A stretch of DNA of 64,000 nt from Phoronis australis (Eukaryota; Animalia; Phoronida), in assembly GCA_002633005.1 (NCBI GenBank), contig NMRA01000019.1, positions 1,357,604 to 1,421,603 of the forward strand, in the 5' to 3' direction. The stretch's first letter is position 1, and every line of letters begins with the position of its first letter. Positions 25,274 to 38,755 of the stretch are shown piece after piece. The position numbers and the translations under genes are program-made. The notes under the pieces were generated by a model. The model was given only the letters and a program-made list of their open reading frames with translations. It made no database searches and was not told the DNA's origin.

Positions 25274-28200
25274 GACTGCTTTATTCCATCACCAGTCATA
25301 ACTGCAATAGAGTATGTAAGCAATTAAATCACCCATTCTACATTTCAGCAGCTGGTCTAGAAGTTATCAAGAGTATCTAATCATCACTCTGGTAGTGATG
25401 TTTGTGTAGTTTATTTTGGAGGTGTCAACCAGAGGGAGGCTTAAACCTAGTGAGCCCCTATAGACCCTCCACAGTTTTTATTGCTGGTTGCTTGGTTATA
25501 ATTACTAACTGTCAAAGGCAATCACTTGGAGAATACTAACGAGTAGCAGGAGATCATGGTTGTACATAATTTCAAAAAGAAATGGGCTTGTCAACATCTG
25601 ACAGACAGTTATCATGTGCATGTAGTACCTAACATACTTTTTCAGCTTACATTGAAAACAAATTTCTTTTGCAGTGACAAATATTCCATTTAGGTAAACA
25701 TGAGCCAAATTTGTACCTAGCATATTATTTGGTGACAAGACAGCATAGATATAGTCTCTCTAAAGCAGCAATTATATGGGAGACAGCTGTCACAGAGCAA
25801 CTGACACAGAACAGCTGATCTGGCGCAAGTGCTAGGGCTTTATCCAGGATTTCGAAAATAGGGTTTCTAAAATGGGGTTCCCAATATTCCGGAGCGTCCA
25901 TGATTCCAACAAGGCGTTTTAACCCCACCCCCACCACCATTCACCAATAACCCTCTCCCCCCCACACACCTGGTGAGGTTTTTACATCTAAGTTAAGAAA
26001 AATAGCTCCCTTGTATTGAGCTTTTTCACTATAAAAACTGTGTGGATCAAGACTTTTACATCTAAATTTACGAAAACAACCAAATAGCTTACCAAACAGT
26101 AATTACAGATATTGGTTGAACGATGAGTGCACTGTTTTTGGTGATCTCAAGTCAAATTGCTGTTAAAAAGTTTATCATATCATCTTAACTAGCTTTATAT
26201 TCTGTACAATGAGTCCTCAAAGCTACAATTTCCAACACAAGAAAAATGCACAGATGATGTGTGGTTTATATTTTGGAAACAGGTCTCACTTCTGCTCCAT
26301 ATTAAGACGCATATAGAAAAGCATGAAACAGGCGCAAACTCAAACATTTTAAATGGGGAAATTCTTGTGGCACATCATATTATTAAATAATGACATTTAC
26401 TTTGCTTTTCATGTTTTTAAAAAAGATGAAAAACATGAAATTACAGCTCTGAAACACCAGTTTGGAGTTAAACAAGGTCTGTGTCCCAGTATAAAGTATT
26501 GAATTGCAATTATAATTAGACCACTGAAAGCAAAGACACTCTGAAAACCCGTACACAAAAATTGACAGGTCTACTAAATACTTTGAAAATAGTTTGAACA
26601 TTGCTATATTTTATATACACTGTATATTTCTTTCGAGTCGAAAGGGTCAACTGCTCTCTTGAACAATCCCCATCTTTCATTAACTGGGAGTCTTAGTAAA
26701 CTTACAATGTGAGTGTCCAAAAAATTCTGATTGACATTTGGGTGTCCAAATGTTACATTGGGCGTCCTTGCCAGGGCGTCCAGATTAGTGTTAGAGAGTC
26801 CATTTGGACACCTAGAACGTAGGCTGCATGAAGGCCTGGCAAGTGATCTACAGTAAAGTCGCGTGATTTTTGGACGGCCCGCCATTTTCGACCAAGAATA
26901 AATATTTCCGAAATTAGTTTTTCATAGTCCACGAAATTCGTACAAGGTCCAAAAACTGTTTTTAATGATCTTCGAACTTCGGACAATGTCATAAACGCAG
27001 GATTTTTGCCCAGCGACTTTCNGTAATGTAGAATAAACGAGACTTGAGTGGACCAAGTTGCGCCGTGACAACTAGCACCATGACAACTGTTCGCAGTGTA
27101 AAAACAGCTTGGTTAAAACTCTCAAGAGTGGTGTCACCGGCAAATGTTGTTAAATGCATGAAATCCATTTGGAAATTAACACCAAGGCCAAGGTGAAAAT
27201 GTTGCACAAAAAGCCCAACCACCCACTTCCCTAAGCCACAATATCCTCTGTCAATCAAACAACGCCTCCTGGTTTTCCTTCTATCCATAGCAATGATCTA
27301 TACTTAAGTTAATTAGAAGAACGCCAGAATAACTTAAAGGTTTAATTTATGAATGTTGCCCATGACAACAAAATTCTCATCAAATGATGAACTAGTAGTC
27401 CTGTGAACAAGAAAAATAAAAAAATCACGCAATACATGACCCAAACTTCTAATAGTTTCATCACAGCAAGTTGAATTATGTTTTGTAAAATATATCCAGT
27501 CAAAACAATATTATACATATCATATTTACACATGGCGTTTTTTAGTGAGAAAATCTATCTCTAACCAGCATGTTTCCTGAGATTAGGTCAATGAATCTTA
27601 GCAATCAGTGTGAATGATTGCTGTTATTTATAGTTAAACATGAAACATCCCCAAACAGAGCTACATACAATGATGTAATGTTGCAAACTTAGCTGCTTGA
27701 ATACACATGGCTTAGAAAGCAGATTCAATTTTCATGGCAACTGCCTTTGAGATAACTTCATACTCTAGTAGTCAAGGCAACAGTCTGGCTGAGGTTAAGG
27801 CAAATCCCCAAATAATCATAAATACCTAAGTTTTCAGTCTTCAGCTCTTTTGTTTGAAAACTGCATCCAAAGTGACCAGTCTTCTTAAGTTAAATTGTTT
27901 TAAATGGCCCAAAAACGCAGCTTCAGGCTAACACTGCACGTTCAGTGAATCAACTCTAAAGGTCCCCTGCAGTGCCCATGGAAGACGGGGCTTCCTGGCA
28001 CCTTATCATTTTAAACCATTGTCTTATTACTATTGATCAACTTCCTAGGGCAGACTTCAAAGTTCAAACTGTCACCATAGAGACAGATTACATATAACAA
28101 GGGCAAAACCATGTCATATCTCTAGACTTGACAAGACCAATAATTATCAATGTATGGGTTCGCCAGCACTGAACTCCCAACACAAGATCACGATGTTTTC

Positions 28201-28333
28201 CTGAGCAGTCACATACATGTATCTTTCATGGATGCTACATCATGCATGGGCATTTCGAAGTGATAATTAAGAAAAATCGGTATCAGATTATAAGCAGAAA
28301 CTAGCTGTTAACCCAGGTGACTAAACCACTCAC

Positions 28334-28745
28334 ATGAGTGGGGAACTTGAAAACACCACCAGTTTCGCATTGGTGAAAACTCTAGCAGTAGCCAGGTAGG
28401 CATGCCGCCTGCAAAAGGCTTCGCCATCCAGTTAGTTTGTTTTCATACCCACCACCATCTAATTTGGTGTGGAAGGAATGCAACTTTAAGTCACCTATTA
28501 TATAAAATGCATCGTTTGCACAAACTCCGTCTCCCCCACTCCACTACAGTCACCTTCGTTGTTTCCGTTTCGGCACTGCCTTGGTCACAGGTATTGCACC
28601 GGTCCCCTATTTGGATTCGAGGTGTTCTATTTTTTCGCGCAGGCTGTTTTTTCACCGACACAGAGGGAGGGTGGCCAGTTTCGTACTGGCCTTGGTGACG
28701 TCAGTCGGTCGGCTCAAAGGCCTGGGTGACGTCACTGCGTCGGAT
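28334..28745 (-). promoter_or_regulatory. Candidate VPS13 promoter and non-coding first exon
   Basis: The ATG exon has an acceptor at 25301, so an upstream exon is expected. This is a CpG-richer patch with two perfect TGACGTCA sites (28696-28703, 28727-28734) and a minus-strand GTGAGT donor at 28328-28333. Confidence 0.45.
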
Positions 28746-29429
28746 TAATTTCACTCCCTCCAGTTTCTGTCGCGTATATAATTCATCGGGCCTGTCACCG
28801 CCAAAATTAATGATGCCTCATTAAAAAATTTTTACTCTTCCTTGAGTAAACTAAATTATTTACCCGGCTGTTGGAAAATTGGGGTTCTTCAGTTATTCTG
28901 CTGCTAAAATTGTGATGCGCTCTTTGGGCGCCATTGCGTCACCTATCGGGCCAATTTCCATGTTCTTCAATCAACTGTGGAGGTTGCGTACATGTCGTAA
29001 CGATCGAAAGTGGTTTCATTTCGTTACAAGTTTTTGCTATTTTAAGACCAAAAAACCCAATTTCAGAAAATACTCTCAAGAGATATCACAAAGTTTTGGG
29101 AAATGGCGCGTATGTGCGCGTGTCACGAGATTGCACTGTTTTCAAAAACGGGCGGCAGATGGGATTTTCCTTTGTTACAAAAGGCAGAGAATTAATTACG
29201 AAAATTTTGTTTACGGGCACTGTCGCTTCATTCCCAGATTCTGCATGCACCCCTGCAGGTTGTTAGCTCTAAGTTTCACGACGAGGTGACAAGCTAAGCA
29301 CCCGGGTTGTGTGAAATTTCGGTGTCTAACACACGGCTATCTAGCTGCATGTTGACGACAGTCTTCACACAGCTAGCTGGCCTTCTACCTCAGTATGAAC
29401 ATTTATGATGCAACTTTTGTAAATACACG

Positions 29430-29578
29430 CAGGGGCGTATCCAGGATTTTGAGTTGGGAGGAGAGCCACGGTAGATAGAGTATTAGCCAGAATTCGGACC
29501 CCCAACCTGCCAAATGGAATCTGGGAGAAATTTATGGGGGGGCATGGCCCTCTTGGCCTCCCTCTAAATTCACCATTG
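29430..29578 (+). mobile_element. CAGGGGCGGATCC-type MITE, copy 1
   Basis: Homologous in inverted orientation to 57913-58071 (shared CTGCCAAATGGAATCTGGG, GAGTATTAGCCAG, CCCTCTTGGCC); a related start occurs at 53445. Confidence 0.65.
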
Positions 29579-30328
29579 ACATCTATATTCTTTGTGTATT
29601 ATAATACAATATTTTAAATGCATTTTTAGTTTTCACTTTAAACTGAAGATTATCTGATTACCGTACTTTGTGTTACGGCAGGGTCAAATGTTCTAGAAAG
29701 AAATTTGTACTGCCTAGGGGAAGAATCCCACAGCCACACACCTTAATTGCCTATTAAAATCTGACGGGTGACAGAAATTCTGCTTGAAGCTTCGAACACG
29801 GTCTCTTCAAGAAGTATTCCTGTCTCGTGCGATGAACACTCGATCGGTTCACTCTTAGGTGTAGCTATTTCCTCTTGGCGTTTCCCACTAGCTGCTACCC
29901 ATGCAAAAGCACGAGTAGCGGCTAGTGTAACATTGACATCAGTTGTGTGACCACATTTCCTCAATTACTTAACCTCACTGATAATATTGGAAGCCCAGGG
30001 ATATCAACACTGCTTGTTGGAGTTTCTACGGTATGGTGATCCGGCTGTGGACCAGTTAACTGGAAATTTCTAGATTCATAGTCTGAAGATTCACCACAAG
30101 TTTAAGCTTAGTTGTTTGGGACCAAATAATAAAATCCCAGTCTAATCAGTAAGTGACACTGACAATAACAAGGAGCTGGAGCCTAGATGATCATCTACTT
30201 TGGACTTTCCATACTGGAAAATTTAGTCATGGTGATAATGGGCAGGGAGAAGATGAATTCTTATGGCCTAAAGATGGGCTTTGTGTTTTGCATAGTTACC
30301 TCGCCTTTCAATCAAAGAGAGTAACAGG

Positions 30329-30391
30329 TATGTTTCTGTAAACAATGTAAACAGTGTTTTATGTTTCTGTAAACAATGTAAACAGTGTTTT
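30329..30391 (+). repeat. 31-bp perfect tandem duplication
   Basis: TATGTTTCTGTAAACAATGTAAACAGTGTTT x2. Confidence 0.9.
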
Positions 30392-30692
30392 AAGGGATTA
30401 TCAAAACTTTACAACCTTTGAAACATTAAAAAATGTCTTCCTTATTTTTTGGAAAAAGTGTAGACAGGGATAGGATAAGAAATGCCACGAGAAAAGGTTT
30501 AAAACAACACTTTGAGCAAAAAACTAATTCATTATTGGATTACAATTTGAATTGATAAAACAAAATATACAAAAGAAAAATTAACGTTGAAATTTGTGAA
30601 ACCTAATCACTCTTCAGTCCTTAAGTTGAGATGGCATGGCAGTGTAACACTCTCCACTGATGAACAATATGTGACCTCCTGGTACATGAATC

Positions 30693-30748
30693 TGTGTGTG
30701 TGTGCGTGCGTGCGTGCGTGCGTGTGCCTGTGTGTGTGTGCATGCGTG
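30693..30748 (+). repeat. (TG)n/(TGCG)n compound microsatellite
   Basis: Direct reading of the sequence. Confidence 0.9.
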
Positions 30749-33010
30749 GATGAAAATGCTGTTTCTGCCGGACAAAAATTGGGAAATTTACAATTTCGGA
30801 CTGAACGATGTAAATGCTAAGTTTCACCATCTGACATATATATAAAAAACCTGATCTAGTATTGGTGGGAATTTACTAAGGTACGATACTTACGGTAACG
30901 TCAATCAGAGCTTAGGGCCTTCTATGGGCAAGTTGCATATTGCATTGGAAATTGTGCATCAATAAGAATACAGATTGATTTCCTGGCTTGTCTAGTTTGG
31001 TGTTATGCAATATGACCTTACACCAAACCTCATGCTTGGGTTGATGACCTCTTACATAACATTTAGTGCCCCAAACTAGAAACATACCAGACATTTTACA
31101 TCTGTCAGAACTCATATCACTAGTTCATGAGACAAACCCAACAGCCAACATTTGGGATTTTGTTACCCCAACCCCAAAGTGAAACTGTGACTACCCATCC
31201 TAAACTATTCATAAATTGATGCTGAAGAAAACCTAGTTGCTAATGCATCAATTTTAAAAATTCAAAGACGGCTACTATTTTGAAAACAGTCACATTGGTC
31301 ACTCGCCTTATTACTGTTTGTTTTTTGACTGAAAAAATTGTGTGCTAAACAGGCGCTACTTTACGACCCTAATTATCTCATCCAGCACGATCAGTCAAGC
31401 CCATGAATAGCAACTACCTCACTTCAATGTGTGACAATATCATCAAGCTTTGATGTGGTTAGGAATTTGCAGGACAGTCTGGAGTAAACAGGCTTTCCTG
31501 TCCACTTGCTGTGCAAACCCTGTTAACCTTTAAGATTTGTGATTGTCATTCAAAGGCAGGCACCAAGTTATAAGTTAGACAACGAGTGTGTTAAATTTTC
31601 ACTGTTCAAGCTGCCTTTGGGTAGTTCACGTGCAATTATTTCCATGGAAAATCGCACATTAAGTGAGGGCAAAAATACGACCCCAACGAAGTGAACTGCA
31701 TACACTATATTACCATTGCAAGTGAACTGCTTTCTAAATTCAATCTGACTGTTAAACAGGTCTGGCAACACAAATATCGCTTTGCCACCAACACTTCAAT
31801 GAAGAACCCCGGACTATCACAAGTCCACTCCGCAACTCCACATACTTTTCCCATAGACTGACAACATCAGTTACGGACACTTATCCCTTTGATAAAACAC
31901 CAGGTGGCGTCTTTGAATCATGCTCTCAAACTAATGAATTTGAGATTAATAAACACCTCCTGCCATTTGCACTGAATAGTTCCATACTGATCAGTATTAA
32001 TCTCTGACAGAGCAGTTACCTATATTCTTTTAGGTGTGATTATTGAGTTTGAAATGAATGACATGGGAATTACGAATGCTTCATTGAGTGGGTTGTTGTT
32101 GCAGCCTCAAGCCATAACTCCAGCTGTGCAGTTAACGTTTCCCAACGAAGCGGACTCCTATTGCACAAACTCCGCACTTTAATCCACTATTTTGAGAGTA
32201 ACTGCGATGACTAATTAAGTTCGATTAAGTTCTGGAGTAACACTTTCTTTAATTCTGTGAGAGAAGTCAGACTCCATGATTTTTGTCACTTTTCCAAAAT
32301 TGCACAAAACCCGGGTCTGTAAGATTGCCAAGTGGCATCAATGAGGAATCACTTCTCTCAACCCTCAACCACACCTGGCCCACTGCATTAGTTAGGATGT
32401 TCTTCTGTGGTAGCTTGAAACCACAGCAAGTTGGTTGTGATTGATCCTTTGTAGCTGCATTATCAGTTTCTAAAGGCCTTTTCATTTTGACCTAACTCCG
32501 GTCTGAGCGGAGAGTCCATGTAAACTGCGAAGTTAACTAAACCGTTCATACCGGCTTCAGTAGTTAACGGACATCAAAGTAAATGGTAGGCGATGTGTTG
32601 TCATTGGATTAATTGCAAGGCAGCACTGCATTTTAAGACTTTTTTTAATATGACAATTTGAGAACATTCACATGTGCTAATTGACATAAAATTTATTTTT
32701 AATTCGATTTTGTAATTATTCAAGCAAAATATAAGCAACTATTAGCAATGACACAGTGTCACCTGGCGATAACTTCGAAGGGACTGCTCATACTGCACTC
32801 AGCAGCATCGACGCTCCGCAGCTAAATCCACCTGTTTACTGGGAAGTTAACTGGCGCTGTTAACTTCGATCCAGGACCGAAGTAAACCATACTGATCGCA
32901 ACACCACAAAATGCCAACGTTAGTGTGAAAGGCCCTTTCAAAGTCAGGCATTCATGCTAATCTTCTAGCACCACAACAGTTTACAATTAGCATAAAATAT
33001 CACCAATTAA

Positions 33011-34032
33011 GGACACAATGCAGCAGACAAGTTAAACTTCATTTTCATATTTTTTCATAGCAAGATATGTAAGCACCACATCTACGTTTTCCGCTGTTCA
33101 AATTCTGCATCACAGCTACCAATAGACATTACTTTGAAAATTATGCAATGGTGAAAGACTTGGAAAAATGAAAAATGGGCAATTTTGGCAATTATTTTTG
33201 CACGAAGGGGGTGAAATTTTTACTGCACTCAAATGCAACTTCTACTCATGACAAAACTGCGTTTGAAGACAAACGGAATTAATTCACTTGACAAAACAAA
33301 GTTCATGAAACCCACATCCTTCCCTTGGCGCAGATTAATTTCAAATAATTTCACCCTTTGATGCAGTAGACTGAGATAGTGGTTCAGAACATCTGGCTGT
33401 TCATAACCATTCTTTAAAACTGGAATCAGTCAGCAACATAAAATAAACTGTTCACTGTGGTTAAAACTGGGGGCGTGGCTTTTTGAGTGTTCCTTTTGCT
33501 GTTATGTGCAGTGCAACAAAAGAAATGGTGGTATTTTTATATTATATACATAATATTTACACACCTCAATATTTTAATGGGAAGTTTCTACATTTGAAGT
33601 CTTTTGTCAGAAATTTCGAGACTAGCCAACAGTAGAAATGGTAAAATCTCATCAATTTAATTGGCACTGTTTTCAAAAGCTCTAACATTGTTGTAAATGT
33701 CAACATTACCACAAATCCTTGCCCAATGGTAGCTATGGCACAAATTCTTCAGCTTGGGATGCTAAATAGTGGACAGGGAAAATTTCTCGACAAAAATAAG
33801 TTTTCAAAAATATTCACTTTTAGCATAATTTGTATGGCGACGCTATTAGCAAACAACATTTGGTAAAATTTTGAGCATTTGCAGCAATGCGGTAAGCATC
33901 TGAACAGCAATACTTTTGTCCCAAATTGAAGAACTTTCACCATAAGACTGACCAAGACTTTATCTTGTGCTTACTTATGTTTCACGAAAAAATAAAAAAA
34001 TTTCAATGTTAGTTGACTGTCATATTGACTCC
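33011..34032. mobile_element. Possible decayed TTAA-flanked (Kolobok-like) element
   Basis: TTAA|GGACACAAT ... ATTGACTCC|TTAA; TIR similarity is weak. Confidence 0.3.
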
Positions 34033-36224
34033 TTAACTGATGACATTTAGCCATTGTCAATCACAAAGAATAGTTTATTGTGTACTTAAAATCATGTAAA
34101 TTTTCAAATGTTAATTTTGTTCCCAGTGTCTTCAACACAGGCTCTTCAAGACAAAAAGTATGGTAAAATCCACGGTAACCAACTAAGAACACAACTTATG
34201 CGACAAGTGAAGTTTTACTGTCTCATTTTTCCATGAAGGATATGAAGCACCAAAAGAAATGGTTTTCCTTGTTCAAACTTAGCAACACACCTGCCATTAG
34301 ACAATGTTTGGATAATTGTGCGCATTCACAGCAATGTTAGAACCCCTTGTGAAGCAATTATTTTTTGTACAAAAAAGGTGAAATTTTACTGTAGTCTCTT
34401 GTCCCACCATGGCAAAAATCACTTTAAAATTTAGCCAACTTTAACCATCACAAAATTGGTCTCAAATTGTTCCTTCTAGCCAAACTTGGATGTGATTTCA
34501 GGGCTACGACGGAACTGACAGTTCCTGTACAAGACAGTTACTGTATTGGAGACCAGGCATTGCAAGACAGCTTGTTACAATGTGTGACTTTATTCACTGA
34601 GCATAGTCTTAATCTAACATTCTTTCAGTTCTTTGCAAACCTAGAGACAACTTCTTATCTGATTAAAGAACAAGCCAAGACTAATTTTATATCGGTAAGT
34701 GGTCTAAATCAAAAACTNTTCCCCTAATGGGAAAGCACTTTCTGACTCATGTTTGCACAGGAATTTGAACCATTCCCAGTCATTGAGCTAACTATACTCA
34801 GTCAAGATGGTCTATCATGAAGAAATAGCGTCATCAATGTTATAAATACATTATACTGAAAATTTAAAACAGAAAATAAATCCTAATCTTTGATCACAAA
34901 GTCCACATCCAAATCTTTTTACTCAAAGCCGGTCCTGTTATTGGTTGTTTTGCTATTATGTATGCTTGAATATTGTTGCTTTAAACTTGGGTCATGAGAC
35001 ATATTTAATGACATATTAATATTAAGTCAAAACTACACATTTTCTACTTCTAGAAAATACTTTGCTGAATTATGTAATAATGTTGATATCAGGATAACTA
35101 CATGGCTGAGACAATAGTAAACAGGAAAGACAACAGGAAGCGGCCAAGGCAATAGTAAGCAGCCGAGACAATAGTAAGCAGGCGATAAGACTGACCACAT
35201 TCATATATATTTCATTCCCAGCAAATACATGAAGCCCGAGTCAAGCTGAGAATCCATGTGCAAGCGAAACTAGTTCAGATGTTCAGGTAGACAAAAGCCT
35301 GGACACCTGAACCATTAACAGTTATTTATATAAAAAGTCTTTACAACGATGACATTTTCCCTTTTCACATTGGCAAATGTGGCAACCATGTCTTTCTAGA
35401 CAACCAATAACGGACATGACCAAATAGACTTAAAAAGTGATTCGGATACATCAGTATGAAATACAAGTAGACCAACTGATGCAGTAGGCAAACTGGTCTC
35501 GTGGATGATTAATGACACTTGACAGTCGGGTTAAAAGGAAGAAGTGGTTCGACATTACATACTGTGAAAAATGTGCTTCAACAAGGAAGTCACGTATTTC
35601 TAAAGATACGTACGGGGAAATTTGGGAATTTTCACAGCTCCTCCTTCTGAGTGGCTTTTAGCATCTAATCAAAGAGCGCGCGGCGCGGGGGGGGGGGGGG
35701 GGGGNNNNNNNNGGTGGGACCCACCAATTGTGATGACCACATTGTCTGGTGCCAGCAACACCCAATTAAGTGTAATTACCCAACCATAAACTGCAGTAAA
35801 CATATCTGCCTGTACACATACTGGTGAATTCTCTAAATCCATTAAACAATAATTTTGGTTAAAAACGAACACCGTGGCGGTATTCAACTGGAAAAAACGA
35901 CCAAAAATGGTTTTTGATTTTTAAAAATCAATGAAATAATAAGGTAAAAACTACAAAATTTGGTACGATTGAAGATAAGCGACCGTACGTATGTACTCGG
36001 TGGATTAAGAAACGCTGATCAGAGTTAACAATATCACATGGTTTATTCTTTTACTTCAAATATTCTTTCAATCCTGTTTAACCAGATTTTTGACTAGGAA
36101 ACAATTGTAGGCCTACTTAACTTGTGCCCACACTTCGTTTTTTACATGACAGACAAAAAGCTAGAAAGAATAGCTATGTGGTCAATGCAACCAAAATTGT
36201 CCACTGAGATTCCTAATCTTCAGT

Positions 36225-36860
36225 TTGGCTATCACCATATTTGCAATTTTGTATTTATTTTATAATTTGAGTTCTAATAAAGGTTGAACTACTGGCACAT
36301 CTATTTTGTTTGCCGTGAAATGTTTAATGTAGCTGCAATCTGTAAAGTTCAGGGATGGCACAATTAACTAAACTACGATAATTAAGTTTCGTTGACGATC
36401 AAAATCTAGTACTGTTTTGGTACTTCTAGTTTAAAAATATAAATAAAAAAATATCAACCTGTTCCCGCTAAGAAAAAACAAGTAGACAGGAGTAATGAAA
36501 TAACAAAAGCCAGTATGAAAATAGTTAAAACCATAGTTCCTTTAGGAAGTGTCCCTTTGTCAAGATGAACACAAATTAACTTTTTTAGTCATTTTGTAAT
36601 ATTTAAAATGTACTAGTACCAAGTTAAAACTACTCTCCACATTGCAGGCTGTAACTCTGTCCAAATGCCAGAGAAAACCAATTTGGGTGTAATAACAACC
36701 ACCATTGTTGAGACAGGTATGCTAGCGATTATCTTTCCACTTCATTAGCTTTGATCTAAATTAATACAAAGGGTATGCTGAATAGGCATCATAAAAGTTA
36801 TCTGGGACTGAGGGAATCTGAGGGTAACCAGTGTAATCTAGAAATTCTCCATATGAATTA
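36225..36860 (-). repeat. Old dispersed repeat, copy B
   Basis: Inverted homologue of 14317-14930. Confidence 0.75.
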
Positions 36861-38599
36861 GCATATCTTAAAAAGATGAAGTCACAAAATGCCACCTGAC
36901 CGAATTACCAGGTTGCCAAGTGATCCAGATATGAACCTGCCAAAACGAGAGCACTCGAATGAGCGACACTTGGCGAAATTAACTGAAAAGACAACGATGG
37001 AGATGACGACAACGATGGAGATCACGACGAAGAAGAAATATGATGATGATAGTGGCGATTACGAACAACACAGTAACATTCATATGACTAGAGAGCATGT
37101 CAGAAACACTAATAGATAGGCAACAGTCTTGTTCTATAGAAGCTAAACCAACATCAATGCAGCAAGAGCGCTCAACAAAGGAACAGCGCTATCACAACAT
37201 CTCAAATAAATCAAAAAGTAGACGACTTAGCGAAAAAACCTAAAATATCTTCTGAAAGCCCATTCAAAAATCTAGTTTCGCAAACTTCCGTAAATTTTTT
37301 CGAAAAATTTTGTTTTTTTGAAATTCAAATTCAAATAACTCGGAAACGGTCTCCTAGAAAAAATTATTATAGTTCACTTGAAAGGGTATACATCAGAGAA
37401 TCCACATGAAAAAATTCAGGTCAATTTTCTCTTCCCAATTAAAATGGCACCCCAGCACCACTGAAAATGGGTCAACATGTGCCAGATCTTCCATCTTGAA
37501 AGCAACTTCTGTTTTTTTAGCCTTGAATAGTAACACTTAAAAAAACACTTTACAAAATTTCAAAGGAATATTGCAATGCGCCCTACTGGAGAAAACGTTT
37601 TTAGCCCAAAATCGAGGTGTGCATGCGCTACTGCCGATAGTTCTGCCACCCTTAACCAGAAGTAAACAATTTCCAGTACAGCGCACATCCGGTCCAATAA
37701 TCGTGCCGATTTCAGCTCAGTATGTAAAAAATTATAGCCCCCAGGAGCATTTGAATCTTAAAATGAAAACAAAATGGCTGCCACATCTGCCATCTTAGAT
37801 CCGATAATGACGAAAAACAACAGGCTTCCAGTTACCTCTGAAACTACGTGTTGTGTGTAAATTTTGTGATGATCAGACGAAAATTGCGATCTGTATCAAG
37901 CGAACAAAAAAAGCCTTAGTGACAGAGCAACACACATGGCGAAAAATTTTTTCGCCAAGTAACAAACTTGACGGCAAAGCAACATACTACGCGAAATTTA
38001 TTTCGCCAAATAACAACCAGATGGAAACCCACGTGGGGGAGTGAAAGTCCTGTTTCACAAACAACGCATTGTTGATAGCATGCCTGCAGGCGAAACAACA
38101 AAAAACGGAGGATATAGAAAAACCAGGTCAACTGGGCAAACATGTGAGGTCGAGAGACATACCAATTGGCAGGTTTGCACATGTTAGAGCGAAGCTATAC
38201 CCCAGAGTAGAAAGAGCAAGCACGGTTGATCAATATACCACATGGTCTGCAAAATATTCTACCAGATGTCTGCTTCTAGTCCTTCAAGGTACACTACCTG
38301 ACACTGCAGCTGACTGTGCTGACTTGGAATAACTTGATTTCAATATTATTTATGAAAGAACATGGAATTCTTAATTCACACAAGTAAGACCGAGCTGGCA
38401 GATACATCAACTACTACCAGTACCAGTAAGGACTAAAGTGTAGACTACAGTGCTGAGGCATTGTCAACCTTTGTCATGTGAACTGCAGCTTGTTAACAGC
38501 ACTCTGTCTCTGACCTTTCACGAATGCCAGTTTAGACGTGTAGCAGAAATAGCCAACTGTTAGCTTTGCAGCAACCCAATCCAAATACCTTAACCAATT

Positions 38600-38755
38600 G
38601 CAGTAAGGCAGGACTTCGGAATTCCGACTCGATACAAATCTCAGTCGTGTGAACTTGACATCTCCAGCCTGCTGTAGATCTGCAAAATTGTTATGACATC
38701 CGGGGCTCTGTGACGTATGTAACAACATGTCTGCCCCCACCACCAGTAAGTAAGT
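38600..38755 (+). promoter_or_regulatory. Candidate CLYBL promoter and leader exon
   Basis: The CLYBL ATG exon has an acceptor at 42132. Here AACAACATGTCTGCCCCCACCACCA is followed by GTAAGTAAGT (donor at 38746), with TGACGT and ACATCCGG motifs just upstream. Confidence 0.4.

Noticed and set aside
29743-32930. Possible third gene between VPS13 and CLYBL (ORFs 29743..29964, 31568..31771, 32267..32485)
   Set aside because: I could not build a consistent exon chain or recognise a domain; 32090-32905 has repeated AGTTAAC motifs more like a decayed DNA transposon.
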